A stretch of DNA of 64,000 bases from Gemmatimonadaceae bacterium (GTDB lineage Bacteria > Gemmatimonadota > Gemmatimonadetes > Gemmatimonadales > Gemmatimonadaceae), in contig DATMNB010000195.1 of the NCBI GenBank assembly GCA_035569435.1, forward strand, positions 4,894-68,893, written 5' to 3'. The notes under the pieces are model-generated. The model ran no database searches and was not told where the DNA came from. It saw only the letters and a program-made list of their open reading frames with translations. Shown in pieces: positions 9,705 through 18,002 of the stretch (positions are counted from its first letter, which is position 1; the number at the start of each line of letters is the position of its first letter). The position numbers were made by a program, and so were the translations under genes.

Positions 9705-11618
9705 TCAGGCCGGCGTGACGTGCCCCAACCGCCGGCGCTCGACCTCGATGACCAGATTCTGCAGATCGTTGGGGTTGACCCCCGGGATGCCGGCCGCCTG
9801 CGCCAGCGTGCGCGGCTGAATCGTGGCCAGCTTTTGCCGGGCCTCGAACGACAGCGACTGCATCGTCTCGTACGGGAGCCCCGGATCGAGCGCAAACCCG
9901 CCGAGCCGCTTCAAGCGATCGGCCTGTTCCCGCTCCCGCTCGAAATAGCCGGCATACTTGATTTCCAGCTCCGCCGTGACGATTGCCTCGCGCGGCAACG
10001 CCTCGCCCACGCCGGCCGCGCCGAGCAGGGCGTCGAGCGACACGTGCTGGCGGCGCGCCAGCTCGACGACCCGCACGGGCTGCGTGAGTGGCGCGCTCCC
10101 CACGCCGCGGAGCAGCGCGTCGACCGACTCGGGCCGCACCGACGTGCGATCCGCGAGCGAGCGCGCCTCGTCCTCGGCCGCGAGCCGACGCTCGGCCGCC
10201 TCGCGCTCCGCGTCGCCGTACAGCCCGAGCGCGATGGCCGTCGGCCCGAGCCGGCGAATGGCATTGTCCTGCCGCACCGTCAGCCGAAACTCCGACCGCG
10301 ACGTGAACAGTCGGTACGGCTCATCGACGCCCCGCGTGACGAGATCATCGATCAACACGCCGATATACGAGCTCTCGCGCCCCAACACGAGCGGCGACCG
10401 GTCGAGCGCGGTCAGCCCCGCATTGAGTCCCGCGACGAGTCCCTGACCCGCCGCCTCCTCGTATCCGGTTGTGCCGTTGATCTGCCCCGCCAGGTACAGC
10501 CCCGGTAGCGCCTTGACCGCGAGCGTCGCGTCGAGCTGCGTTGGCGGGTAGTAGTCGTACTCGATCGCATACCCGGCGCGCGTCATGCGCACGGCCTCGA
10601 GCCCCGGGATCGATCGCAGCGCCTCGAGTTGCACCGTCGCCGGAAGCGACGTCGAGAGGCCATTCACGTACAACTCGGTCGTGTCGTGCCCCTCGGGCTC
10701 GAGGAAGATCTGGTGTCGCGCGGCCGCGGGGAACTTGACGATTTTGTCCTCGACCGACGGACAGTAGCGCGGGCCGCGCGAGGCGATCGCGCCGCCGTAC
10801 ATGGCCGAGCGGCCGATGTTGTCGGTGATGATCTGCTTGGTGTCGGCACCCGTGAACGTGATCCAACACGGCAGCTGGGCTGGGTGACGTGTTCTATTGG
10901 AATCACGCCGAGATGTCGGCCAGAAGTGCGACCAGGAATAGTCGAACGCCTCGATCTCGCTCTCCTGCTGCTCGAGCGCCGTGAAGTCGACGGAGCGCCC
11001 GTCGATGCGCGGCGGCGTGCCGGTCTTGAACCGCCCGACGGTCAGGCCGACCGCCTCGAGCTGCTCGGCCAGATGCGTGGACGGCGCTTCCCCGGCCCGG
11101 CCGCCCGCCACCTGCCTGTCGGTCCCAATATGGATGCGGCCGCGCAGGAACGTCCCCGACGTCACGACCACCTGCCGCGCGCCAAACCGCCGCCCTTCGA
11201 CCGTTTCGACCCCCGCAATGCGTCCACCCTCGATGAGCAGCCGCGCGACGGTCCCTTGCACCGTGTGCAGCCCGGGCTGCTGTTCGATCAGCGACCGCAC
11301 CGCCCGCCGATACAGCCCCCGGTCACACTGCGCCCGCGGCGCCCACACCGCGGGCCCCTTGCTCCGGTTGAGCATCCGAAACTGCACGGTCGCCAGATCG
11401 GTCGCCCGCCCCATGATCCCACCCAGCGCATCGACTTCGCGCACGACGGTCCCCTTGGCGACGCCCCCGATGGCCGGATTGCACGACATCTGGCCGATCG
11501 TCTCGAGCGCACTCGTGATGAGCACGACGCGCGCGCCGACCCGCGCGGCCGCAACTGCGGCCTCGGTTCCGGCGTGGCCCGCCCCGATGACGATGACGTC
11601 GGCGACTGATTCAAGCAT
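9705..11618 (-). CDS. mnmG: tRNA uridine 5-carboxymethylaminomethyl modification enzyme MnmG (GidA)
   Basis: 637 aa. FAD-binding N-terminus [15 protein letters not shown] and [12 protein letters not shown] motifs. Colinear with GidA over the full length. Confidence 0.95.
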   Translation of the reverse strand: MLESVADVIVIGAGHAGTEAAVAAARVGARVVLITSALETIGQMSCNPAIGGVAKGTVVREVDALGGIMGRATDLATVQFRMLNRSKGPAVWAPRAQCDRGLYRRAVRSLIEQQPGLHTVQGTVARLLIEGGRIAGVETVEGRRFGARQVVVTSGTFLRGRIHIGTDRQVAGGRAGEAPSTHLAEQLEAVGLTVGRFKTGTPPRIDGRSVDFTALEQQESEIEAFDYSWSHFWPTSRRDSNRTRHPAQLPCWITFTGADTKQIITDNIGRSAMYGGAIASRGPRYCPSVEDKIVKFPAAARHQIFLEPEGHDTTELYVNGLSTSLPATVQLEALRSIPGLEAVRMTRAGYAIEYDYYPPTQLDATLAVKALPGLYLAGQINGTTGYEEAAGQGLVAGLNAGLTALDRSPLVLGRESSYIGVLIDDLVTRGVDEPYRLFTSRSEFRLTVRQDNAIRRLGPTAIALGLYGDAEREAAERRLAAEDEARSLADRTSVRPESVDALLRGVGSAPLTQPVRVVELARRQHVSLDALLGAAGVGEALPREAIVTAELEIKYAGYFEREREQADRLKRLGGFALDPGLPYETMQSLSFEARQKLATIQPRTLAQAAGIPGVNPNDLQNLVIEVERRRLGHVTPA

Positions 11619-11664
11619 GCGTAAAGATTAGCGACTATCCCGAGGGGACGCCTATACTTAGGCG

Positions 11665-11955
11665 ATGCCCCTCACCATCCCCCCTGGGAGCCCAACGCTG
11701 CTGATTCGCCGCGAGGCATTCGAGCGTGCGGGGCTCCAGCGCGTGGCGTTCGACGAGCGATTCAATCTCACCGCTGACGAGTTTCGGGTCGAAGGCCAGC
11801 TGATCGCCGTGGGCCCGCTCGTCGGCGAGGACGCGGTGGCGGGCGCCATCGAAGAACTCGAGGCGGTGGGGCTCGTCTACTTTGACGACTTCTTCGAGCT
11901 GAGTGGGAACTGGCCGGAGTGGCTCCGGCTACTGGCGCTTACTGCCGCCAGCTAA
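11665..11955 (+). CDS. hypothetical protein (96 aa)
   Basis: ATG at 11665, divergent from mnmG, with a TATACT-like element upstream. Acidic, balanced composition. No motif recognised. The 3' end overlaps the convergent small ORF by 17 nt. Confidence 0.4.
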   Translation: MPLTIPPGSPTLLIRREAFERAGLQRVAFDERFNLTADEFRVEGQLIAVGPLVGEDAVAGAIEELEAVGLVYFDDFFELSGNWPEWLRLLALTAAS

Positions 11956-12160
11956 GCGCATCCAGCTCCTCGGCGGGCACGCGAGACCACTCGGCTGGAT
12001 AGTGCCAGACACGGCGGATCGCGCCGGGTGAGCTGAACAGCAGGCAGCGGTCGCCGCGCGCGCCCGGCGTATGGCGTGCGTCGACTTCGACCACATGCCA
12101 CAACGTGCCGGCCCGGTCAATGAACTCGCGGGCGGCGACCACTGCTGCCACGTCACGCAT
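11939..12160 (-). CDS. hypothetical small protein (73 aa)
   Basis: ATG at 12160 is preceded by a GAGGA Shine-Dalgarno sequence 7 nt upstream (minus strand ...TAGAGGAAAACTTATG). The track ORF starts 10 codons earlier. No family recognised. Confidence 0.45.
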   Translation of the reverse strand: MRDVAAVVAAREFIDRAGTLWHVVEVDARHTPGARGDRCLLFSSPGAIRRVWHYPAEWSRVPAEELDALSWRQ

Positions 12161-12222
12161 AAGTTTTCCTCTACGCAAGCTGGGGGCCACGCCGTCGGTC
12201 GATAGCCACTAATGACCGGTCG

Positions 12223-12753
12223 TCAAAGGGCGATCAAGCCACGCCTTAGTCCAACGGCCGCCGCCTCGGCGCGGGTCGAGACGCCCAGCTTCTCAAATAC
12301 AGCGGCCACATGGGCTTTGACCGTGTGATCCGAGATCCCGAGCCGCGCGGCGATCGTCTTGTTGCCGAGCCCATCGGCGAGCATCGAGAGGACCTGACGC
12401 TCCCGAGTCGTAAGCAAGGCGCCGGCCACCCGGGTCGGCTCAGGGGCGTCGGCCAAGTCAGGGTGCAGGACGAGCAGTCCGGCCGCCACCGCCTGCACGG
12501 CGGCCGCAATCTCCTCGGGCCCGCTCTCCCGCGGGAGCGCCGCCCGCGCCCCGGCCCGCAGTGCCGCGGCCCCGGCCCCGGCGATCAGGGCGACCACCGG
12601 CGCGCCGCCGGCGGGTGGCAATGCCGCGAGTCCCCGGTTGCCCGTGTCGATGACGAGGACATCGGGGTCGGCATCGACGACCGCCAGCCCGGGGTGCCGC
12701 GACAACGCCACGCGCAGCGCGCCGTCGTCCGACACCACGAGCACGCGCGTCAC
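12223..12753 (-). CDS. LuxR/FixJ-type DNA-binding protein with short, atypical receiver-like N-domain
   Basis: C-terminal HTH: LTTRERQVLSMLADGLGNKTIAARLGISDHTVKAHVAAVFEKLGV. The N-terminal ~100 aa resemble a truncated REC domain (VLVVSDDG...VLVIDTG...VVALIAG). GTG start at 12753 overlaps the protease stop (GTGA). Confidence 0.8.
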   Translation of the reverse strand: MTRVLVVSDDGALRVALSRHPGLAVVDADPDVLVIDTGNRGLAALPPAGGAPVVALIAGAGAAALRAGARAALPRESGPEEIAAAVQAVAAGLLVLHPDLADAPEPTRVAGALLTTRERQVLSMLADGLGNKTIAARLGISDHTVKAHVAAVFEKLGVSTRAEAAAVGLRRGLIAL

Positions 12754-13625
12754 GGCCGCTCGGCGATCGTAACCGACATCTCCCGCGCCTCACCCGCGCG
12801 CACCACCCGGACGACGACCGTCCGACCGATCCGATCCCCCGCGAGCACCGTCATGAGATCATCGGCATCACCCACCGAGACACCGTCGATCGCCACAAGC
12901 ACATCCCCGAGCAGCACCCCACTACGCTCGGCCGGGCTCTCTGGCTCGACGCCGACGACAATCGTCCCGGTCGACCCATCGCGGAGACGCACCGGCTGGA
13001 TCCCCACGCCGAGATAGCCGCGCCGAATCCGTCCCGACGCCAACAACTGGTCGACGACCCGATCGACCGTGGACACGGGAATGCTGAACGCCGCCCCCCG
13101 CGCCAACGCCGAGTTGTTGATCCCGGCAATGGCACCGGCGGCAGTGACGAGCCCGCCCCCGGAGAAGCCATCGAGTACGCGCAGATCGAGCCGCAGCTCC
13201 CGATCGATGACCCCTCCGCGCCACGTCCGCCACCCCGGACCAAGCGCGCTCACGATTCCAAAGCTCGCCGTCACGTCCGCGCCGGGCCGCCCGACGGCCA
13301 GCACCGGCTGCCCGACCGCCAAGGTGTCTGACGCCACGAGCTCCGCCACGGTGACGCCGGTGCCGTCGATCCGAAGCACCGCGAGATCCGTTGTCGGATC
13401 GCGTCCCGCAAGTGTTGCCGGCCGCTTCGCCCCGCCCGCCACCGTGACTGAAATGTCCTGCTCGCGCTTGATCGTGTGGCTCGCGGCGACGATCACGCCG
13501 TCGCGCCAATAAATCCCACTCGCCGGAATGCGCGGCCGAGCGTGGATCGCGACGATCGACCGCGCCGCGTGGGTTACCGCTTGGGGCAGACGCCCAAGCG
13601 TGTCATTCGAAAGTGTCGTAGCCAT
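12750..13625 (-). CDS. S1C (HtrA/DegP-like) trypsin-fold serine protease with C-terminal PDZ domain, no signal peptide
   Basis: 291 aa. Triad candidates are His (AASHTI), Asp (TDLAVLRI) and Ser (DGFSGGGL). PDZ-like segment: YLGVGIQPV...VVGVEPESPAERSGVLLGDVLVAIDG. ATG at 13625 has a GGAGGA SD 6 nt upstream. The N-terminus is hydrophilic. Confidence 0.85.
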   Translation of the reverse strand: MATTLSNDTLGRLPQAVTHAARSIVAIHARPRIPASGIYWRDGVIVAASHTIKREQDISVTVAGGAKRPATLAGRDPTTDLAVLRIDGTGVTVAELVASDTLAVGQPVLAVGRPGADVTASFGIVSALGPGWRTWRGGVIDRELRLDLRVLDGFSGGGLVTAAGAIAGINNSALARGAAFSIPVSTVDRVVDQLLASGRIRRGYLGVGIQPVRLRDGSTGTIVVGVEPESPAERSGVLLGDVLVAIDGVSVGDADDLMTVLAGDRIGRTVVVRVVRAGEAREMSVTIAERP

Positions 13626-13691
13626 CCGAGTCCTCCAAGGTGTGACTCTAGGATGGCCGCGCGCGTGCCCGGTTCGTTATTGGCCGATCGG

Positions 13692-13970
13692 CTAGCCCTT
13701 CTTGGTCAGCTCCGCCGGCGTCGGCGCGTGCGGCGTCACAGCCCCATGCCGCAGCATCCCTTCCCACCCACAGGCGATGCACCAACTGGTGCGGAGGAAT
13801 GGCATGAGTCTATTCCACCACTTGGACTGCACGCGGAGCGTCGGCGCGTCGCAGTTTGGGCATTGGTCGCCCTTGGGCAGGATGAAGTAGAAGAAGATCG
13901 TGGCCGCGGCAATGCGCAGGACGAAGATCAAGCCAAAGAATCCGAGGAAGATCATCGCGTCCGACGACAT
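13692..13970 (-). CDS. small membrane protein with C-terminal CxxC...CxxC zinc-ribbon
   Basis: 92 aa. One TM helix (MIFLGFFGLIFVLRIAAATIFFYFIL) followed by CPNC...(22 aa)...CIAC. ATG at 13970 with a GAAGGAG SD upstream. Confidence 0.6.
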   Translation of the reverse strand: MSSDAMIFLGFFGLIFVLRIAAATIFFYFILPKGDQCPNCDAPTLRVQSKWWNRLMPFLRTSWCIACGWEGMLRHGAVTPHAPTPAELTKKG

Positions 13971-14015
13971 GGCTACTCCTTCGCCGTCCTTGGCGGCGGG
14001 TCATGCGCTGTGTCT

Positions 14016-14546
14016 CTACAACCGGGCCTCGACCTGTGCCCAGGGCTCCACATAGGCAATGCCGTTCTCCACGCGCTCGATCGCGACATCTGTGCCGGGT
14101 GTCAAGCGCGCGTCGTCCAGTCCGTGCGCCGTCGCGGTATGGTGCGCGCCGCCGACGTCATAGGTGATCACCCCGGTGATACCGTCGGCGTGCACTTCGA
14201 TGACGCGGGCGATGCACCCTTGCAGCTCATAGCGCTCGTCGACCACTTCGGCTTTGGCGCCGGGGATCGCCCAGCCCGCAACGAGCACGAGCGCGAGGAC
14301 GGCGCTGACGGCGCCGATCACTGCCGCCAGCAGCAGATCCATGGCGGACGACAGCGTCGTGAATCGATCGAGAAAGAATCCCGCGAGGCCGAACACGGTC
14401 GCGAAGCCCGCGATGGTGGGCAGGTTGAGTGAGAACCGGCGCACGGTCGCCCGGGGTGCGCGTTCCACGCCATGCAACATGGCGAAGACGCCAAGGAGCA
14501 CCCCGACGACGAAGCAGCCGATGAAGCCGACGCGGAGATCAAGCAC
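14016..14546 (-). CDS. NfeD-like membrane protein (TM helices plus C-terminal OB-fold-like domain)
   Basis: The track ORF is over-extended into the upstream gene. In-frame GTG at 14546 gives VLDLRVGFIGCFVVGVLLGVFAML..., three to four TM helices, then a soluble tail (LQGCIARVIEVHADGITGVITYDVGG...GTDVAIERVENGIAYVEPW) resembling the NfeD OB domain. Overlaps the upstream stop by 8 nt. Confidence 0.45.
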   Translation of the reverse strand: MLDLRVGFIGCFVVGVLLGVFAMLHGVERAPRATVRRFSLNLPTIAGFATVFGLAGFFLDRFTTLSSAMDLLLAAVIGAVSAVLALVLVAGWAIPGAKAEVVDERYELQGCIARVIEVHADGITGVITYDVGGAHHTATAHGLDDARLTPGTDVAIERVENGIAYVEPWAQVEARL

Positions 14547-15372
14547 CGAGGTATCTCCGGAACCAGGCGATCGTCCGCGGCCACGCGTCGCGTGTCGCGG
14601 CGGCATTGGCGCCATCCTGGCCGTCCTGCGCGCGCAGGAAACCGTGACCGGCGCCGGGGTATGTGTGCGGGTCGTAGACCTTATGGAGCATCCGCATTGC
14701 GGAATCCGTGCCGGGGACGGTGGGTGTGACGCGAGTATCACTACCGCCGTAGAGACCCAGGACCGGCGCGCGCGCCGTGCCCAGGGAATCGGGCGGTGTG
14801 CCATAGTACACCACAGCCGCCTTCAAGGGCAGTGGCGTCGCCGGCGAGTGCACGTCGTGCGCGAATGATACGCCGCCACCCCAACAAAAGCCGATGATCC
14901 CGTAGGCAGGCCGGGCCGAAGGCAGGTGGACGCCATAGGCCGCGACCGCATCGAGCGTGCGTTGGAGGGCCGCCGGATCCAGCGTGCGAATCGCGGACAT
15001 GGCCGCGTCCATCGGCACACTATCCGCTGGGCCCGGGAGCTTGCCCGTCAGCAAGTCGGGGACGATGGCAATGAAGCCGTCGGCCGCGAGCTGGTCACCG
15101 ACCGCTCGGGTCCAGATGGTCATGCCGAAGATCTCGTGGATCACGACCACGACGGGGGCTTTGTGGCTGACTTGGGGATAGAAGACCCAGGCGTGGACGC
15201 TGTCGCCGAGCCCACCTGGAGTCGGGATCATGACGTCTTCGCGGTGTCGGGGCGAGGCCGCGAGCCGGGCCGCGGCGGTGGCGGCCGAGGGCGGGAGCGA
15301 CGGCTCCGGCAGCCGACGGGCGGGCGCAGCGGCGGCGGATAGTCCAACGAGTAGCAGCGCGGGGACGCGCAT
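14539..15372 (-). CDS. dienelactone hydrolase family protein, secreted
   Basis: 277 aa with ATG at 15372 and a signal-like N-terminus MRVPALLLVGLSAAAA. DLH hallmarks: VVVIHEIFGM, nucleophile elbow GFCWGG (Cys) and the GAGHGF His motif. Confidence 0.8.
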   Translation of the reverse strand: MRVPALLLVGLSAAAAPARRLPEPSLPPSAATAAARLAASPRHREDVMIPTPGGLGDSVHAWVFYPQVSHKAPVVVVIHEIFGMTIWTRAVGDQLAADGFIAIVPDLLTGKLPGPADSVPMDAAMSAIRTLDPAALQRTLDAVAAYGVHLPSARPAYGIIGFCWGGGVSFAHDVHSPATPLPLKAAVVYYGTPPDSLGTARAPVLGLYGGSDTRVTPTVPGTDSAMRMLHKVYDPHTYPGAGHGFLRAQDGQDGANAAATRDAWPRTIAWFRRYLGA

Positions 15373-15441
15373 CGGGCCTCGGGTTCGAGTTCTTGGGGTG
15401 CGAAAATATGGCCAAAGCCCCTAGGCCGGATAGGGGGCTTG

Positions 15442-15485
15442 CGATATATCTTTGGCCTGGTTACGATATATCGTACGTTATATCT
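15442..15485. promoter_or_regulatory. three copies of CG(A/T)TATATC in the AT-rich divergent promoter region; candidate PadR operator
   Basis: CGATATATC occurs at 15442..15450 and at 15464..15472. The second copy sits inside the perfect 12-bp palindrome ACGATATATCGT (15463..15474). CGTTATATC occurs at 15477..15485. The sites lie 27-70 nt upstream of the padR ATG, in one of the few AT-rich stretches of the window. Confidence 0.45.
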
Positions 15486-15511
15486 TAACCCTATTGAGAG
15501 GTGTAGTTCGC

Positions 15512-16129
15512 ATGTTTGGAGGACACAGAGGTCGGCATGGCCGGCACCACGACTGCCGCGGGGCACGCGGCGAAGGGCCGTGGGGATTTGACCCGCGGTG
15601 GATGGGTGGGTTCTGGGGCGGCGCCGGTGGTCGTGGTCGCGGCGGGCGCCCAGGTAGGATGTTCGAGCCAGGGGATCTCAAGTACGTGATCCTGCAGCTG
15701 CTCTCCGAGAAGCCGCGGCATGGCTACGAGATCATCAAGGCGCTCGAGGAGCGGTTTGGCGGGACGTACTCGCCGAGCCCGGGGGCGGTGTACCCGACGT
15801 TGACCTTCCTCGAAGACACGGGCTATGCCCGGACCACGACGGAGCCGAGTGGGAAGAAGGTCTACGAGATCACTGACGAAGGGCGCGCGTACCTCGAGCA
15901 GAACCGGGGCGCGGTCTCGGATATCTTCGACCGCATTGGGCAGTTCGCGGACAGCTTCTTTGGCGTGCCGATGGAGGAGATTCACCGCGCGTTCAAGAAC
16001 GTGGCGCGGGCGACGTACTCCAACGCCATGCGCCTGCGCGATCCCGCGCAGCTGGCCAAGATCCGCGAGATCCTGGAGCGCGCCGCGGCCGACATCGAGG
16101 CCGCGTCCAAGCCAAGCACCACCGTGTAG
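15512..16129 (+). CDS. PadR family transcriptional regulator
   Basis: Winged-helix core DLKYVILQLLSEKPRHGYEIIKALEERFGGTYSPSPGAVYPTLTFLEDTGY. I prefer the ATG at 15512 (MFGGHRGRHG...) over the track start at 15452, which lies inside the AT-rich promoter. The N-terminal leader is unusually Gly/Arg/His-rich. Confidence 0.85.
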   Translation: MFGGHRGRHGRHHDCRGARGEGPWGFDPRWMGGFWGGAGGRGRGGRPGRMFEPGDLKYVILQLLSEKPRHGYEIIKALEERFGGTYSPSPGAVYPTLTFLEDTGYARTTTEPSGKKVYEITDEGRAYLEQNRGAVSDIFDRIGQFADSFFGVPMEEIHRAFKNVARATYSNAMRLRDPAQLAKIREILERAAADIEAASKPSTTV

Positions 16130-16151
16130 TGCCGGATGGCTGGACGCGAGC

Positions 16152-16580
16152 TTACACGAGCTTCGCGTCCAGCTCCAGGGCGACGTTGCCTTTCAGGGCT
16201 GCCGATACCGGGCAGCCCTCTTTCGTCGCCTGCGCCGCGGCCTGGAACTTGGCGGCATCGACGCCAGGGACGGTCGCACGGACGGTCAGCTTCATCGTCG
16301 TGATCTTGAACCCCGCGGCCTGCTTCTCGATCGTACACGCCGCGCTCGTCTCGACCCGCGTCGCCGGCGTTCCCGCCTGCTCGAGCGCGGCGCTCAGCGC
16401 CATGCTGTAACAGGCCGCTTCGGCGGCGGCGAGCAACTCTTCCGGATTCGACCCCGGACTCTGCTCGAACCGCGACCCAAACGAGTACGATCCCTGGACC
16501 GTGCCACTCTCCGCACGGTAGCTCCCCTTACCCTTCGCGAGGCCGCCTTCCCACACGGCCGTTGCATGACGTGTTGGCAT
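16152..16580 (-). CDS. osmC: OsmC family peroxiredoxin
   Basis: 142 aa. AVWEGGLAKGKG...PEELLAAAEAACYSMAL...ATKEGCPVS, with the two conserved Cys of OsmC. Confidence 0.9.
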   Translation of the reverse strand: MPTRHATAVWEGGLAKGKGSYRAESGTVQGSYSFGSRFEQSPGSNPEELLAAAEAACYSMALSAALEQAGTPATRVETSAACTIEKQAAGFKITTMKLTVRATVPGVDAAKFQAAAQATKEGCPVSAALKGNVALELDAKLV

Positions 16581-16594
16581 GGGCGGAAATATAG

Positions 16595-17602
16595 CTACGC
16601 TGACATTGCCTCAGGCGCGCGGAGCGCGTGGGACAGGAAGCCCGCCACCCGCCGCTCGGCGTAATAGATGGGACGCCACGGGACCGTCCCACTGATGAAC
16701 CCGACGTGTCCTCCCTCCGGGACGAACTCGATCGTCAGCGCCGGATTGACGCGCCCCACGGCGCGCACGTCGTCGAGGACCGCCGGCGGCAGAAACGGAT
16801 CGTCGACGGCACTGAGCAGCAATGTCGGCCGCCGAACGCCGCCCAGGAAGCGCAGCGCGCTCGACTGCGTGTAGTAGTCAGTCGCGTCCGCGAACCCGTG
16901 CAACGGCGCCGTCACGAGCTCATCGAAGTCGCGAATCGACCGCACCGCATCGAGCCGCGCGCGATCGTAGAGATTGGGGTACTGCTCGAGTTTCGCGTAC
17001 GCCTTGCGTTTGAGCGACTTCATGAAGCTCGCCTGATACACGCGCGCGAACCCGCGGTCGATGTGATCGGCCCCGCGGTCCAGGTCAAACGGCACCGAGA
17101 CCGCCACCGCCGCACGGATCGCGGCCGGCACCGCATCGCCGCGCTCGCCCAGGTACTTGAGCAGCACGTTGCCACCGAGCGAGAACCCCGCCATCACGAG
17201 CGGCGTGTTCGGGAACTCGCCCATGATGCGCTCGAGGGCGAAGGCGAGATCGCCGGTCTCCCCCGAATGATAGAACCGCCGCGCGCGATTGAGCGTGCCG
17301 CCGCAGGACCGAAAGAGCACGAGATCGGCGCTCCAGCCGCGGCGGGCGACTTCGGCCAGCGTGCCCTGCACGTAGTGCGACCGCACTGTCCCCTCGAGCC
17401 CGTGCAACAGCACCAGCCGCGGCCGATCCGCCGGCGCGTCGAGGCGCTCGATGTCGAGCACGTCGCCGTCGGGCGTATCCCACTGCTCGCGCCGCGTCGC
17501 AACCACCGGGATCCGCCGCACGAGCTTCCCCCAGATCGTACGCGCGTGTGCTCCGGGGACCCACCACGCGGGCCGATAGTGGACATCGTTCATCGTTGAC
17601 AC
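16595..17602 (-). CDS. alpha/beta hydrolase (YheT/ABHD1-3-like)
   Basis: 335 aa. LLHGLEG, nucleophile elbow GFSLGGN, and a C-terminal GGHVGF His motif. Start is GTG 17602 or ATG 17593. Confidence 0.8.
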   Translation of the reverse strand: MSTMNDVHYRPAWWVPGAHARTIWGKLVRRIPVVATRREQWDTPDGDVLDIERLDAPADRPRLVLLHGLEGTVRSHYVQGTLAEVARRGWSADLVLFRSCGGTLNRARRFYHSGETGDLAFALERIMGEFPNTPLVMAGFSLGGNVLLKYLGERGDAVPAAIRAAVAVSVPFDLDRGADHIDRGFARVYQASFMKSLKRKAYAKLEQYPNLYDRARLDAVRSIRDFDELVTAPLHGFADATDYYTQSSALRFLGGVRRPTLLLSAVDDPFLPPAVLDDVRAVGRVNPALTIEFVPEGGHVGFISGTVPWRPIYYAERRVAGFLSHALRAPEAMSA

Positions 17603-17648
17603 AATGTAACCCAGGCGCTAGCCGGGTGATGTAGATTTCGGGCTCCCT

Positions 17649-18002
17649 ATGATGGAAGTCCAAGTTTTCGGTACAAAGAAAGATCCCGCCACCCGCTCCG
17701 CCCTTCGGTTCTTCGCCGAGCGCCGCATCAAGACGCACTTTGTCGACCTGCGCGAGCGCGCGGCGTCGCCGGGCGAGCTGCAGCGATTCGCCCAGAAATT
17801 CGGCGTGGCCGCACTGCTCGACCGCGATGGGAAGCGGTTCGCCGAGCGCGGGTTGCGCGCGGCGCAGTATTCGGACGTCCGGTGGCTCGACACGCTGGCC
17901 GACGATCCGATGCTCTTGCGCGTGCCCCTCGTGCGGTGGCAGCACAAGCTGACGATCGGGCCGGCCGAGGACACCTGGACGACGTGGGTGGCGGAAGGAT
18001 GA
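17649..18002 (+). CDS. ArsC/Spx/YffB-family thioredoxin-fold protein (lacks the N-terminal Cys)
   Basis: 117 aa. VQVFGTKKDPATRSALRFFAERRIKTHFVDL fits the family N-terminus, but the usual CxxC/CxxS position reads DPAT. The stop overlaps the ABC-F start (ATGA). Confidence 0.7.
   Translation: MMEVQVFGTKKDPATRSALRFFAERRIKTHFVDLRERAASPGELQRFAQKFGVAALLDRDGKRFAERGLRAAQYSDVRWLDTLADDPMLLRVPLVRWQHKLTIGPAEDTWTTWVAEG

Noticed and set aside
9686-9895. N-terminal 70 codons of the track ORF 7658..9895.
   Set aside because: This stretch overlaps the 3' end of mnmG and encodes an Arg/Ser/Cys-rich non-membrane sequence. The in-frame GTG at 9685, just after the mnmG stop, is the more plausible start.
15376-15400. 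GGGTTCGAGTTC resembling a tRNA T-loop (GGTTCGA).
   Set aside because: No complementary T-stem, acceptor stem or anticodon arm can be drawn around it. It lies in the divergent promoter gap.
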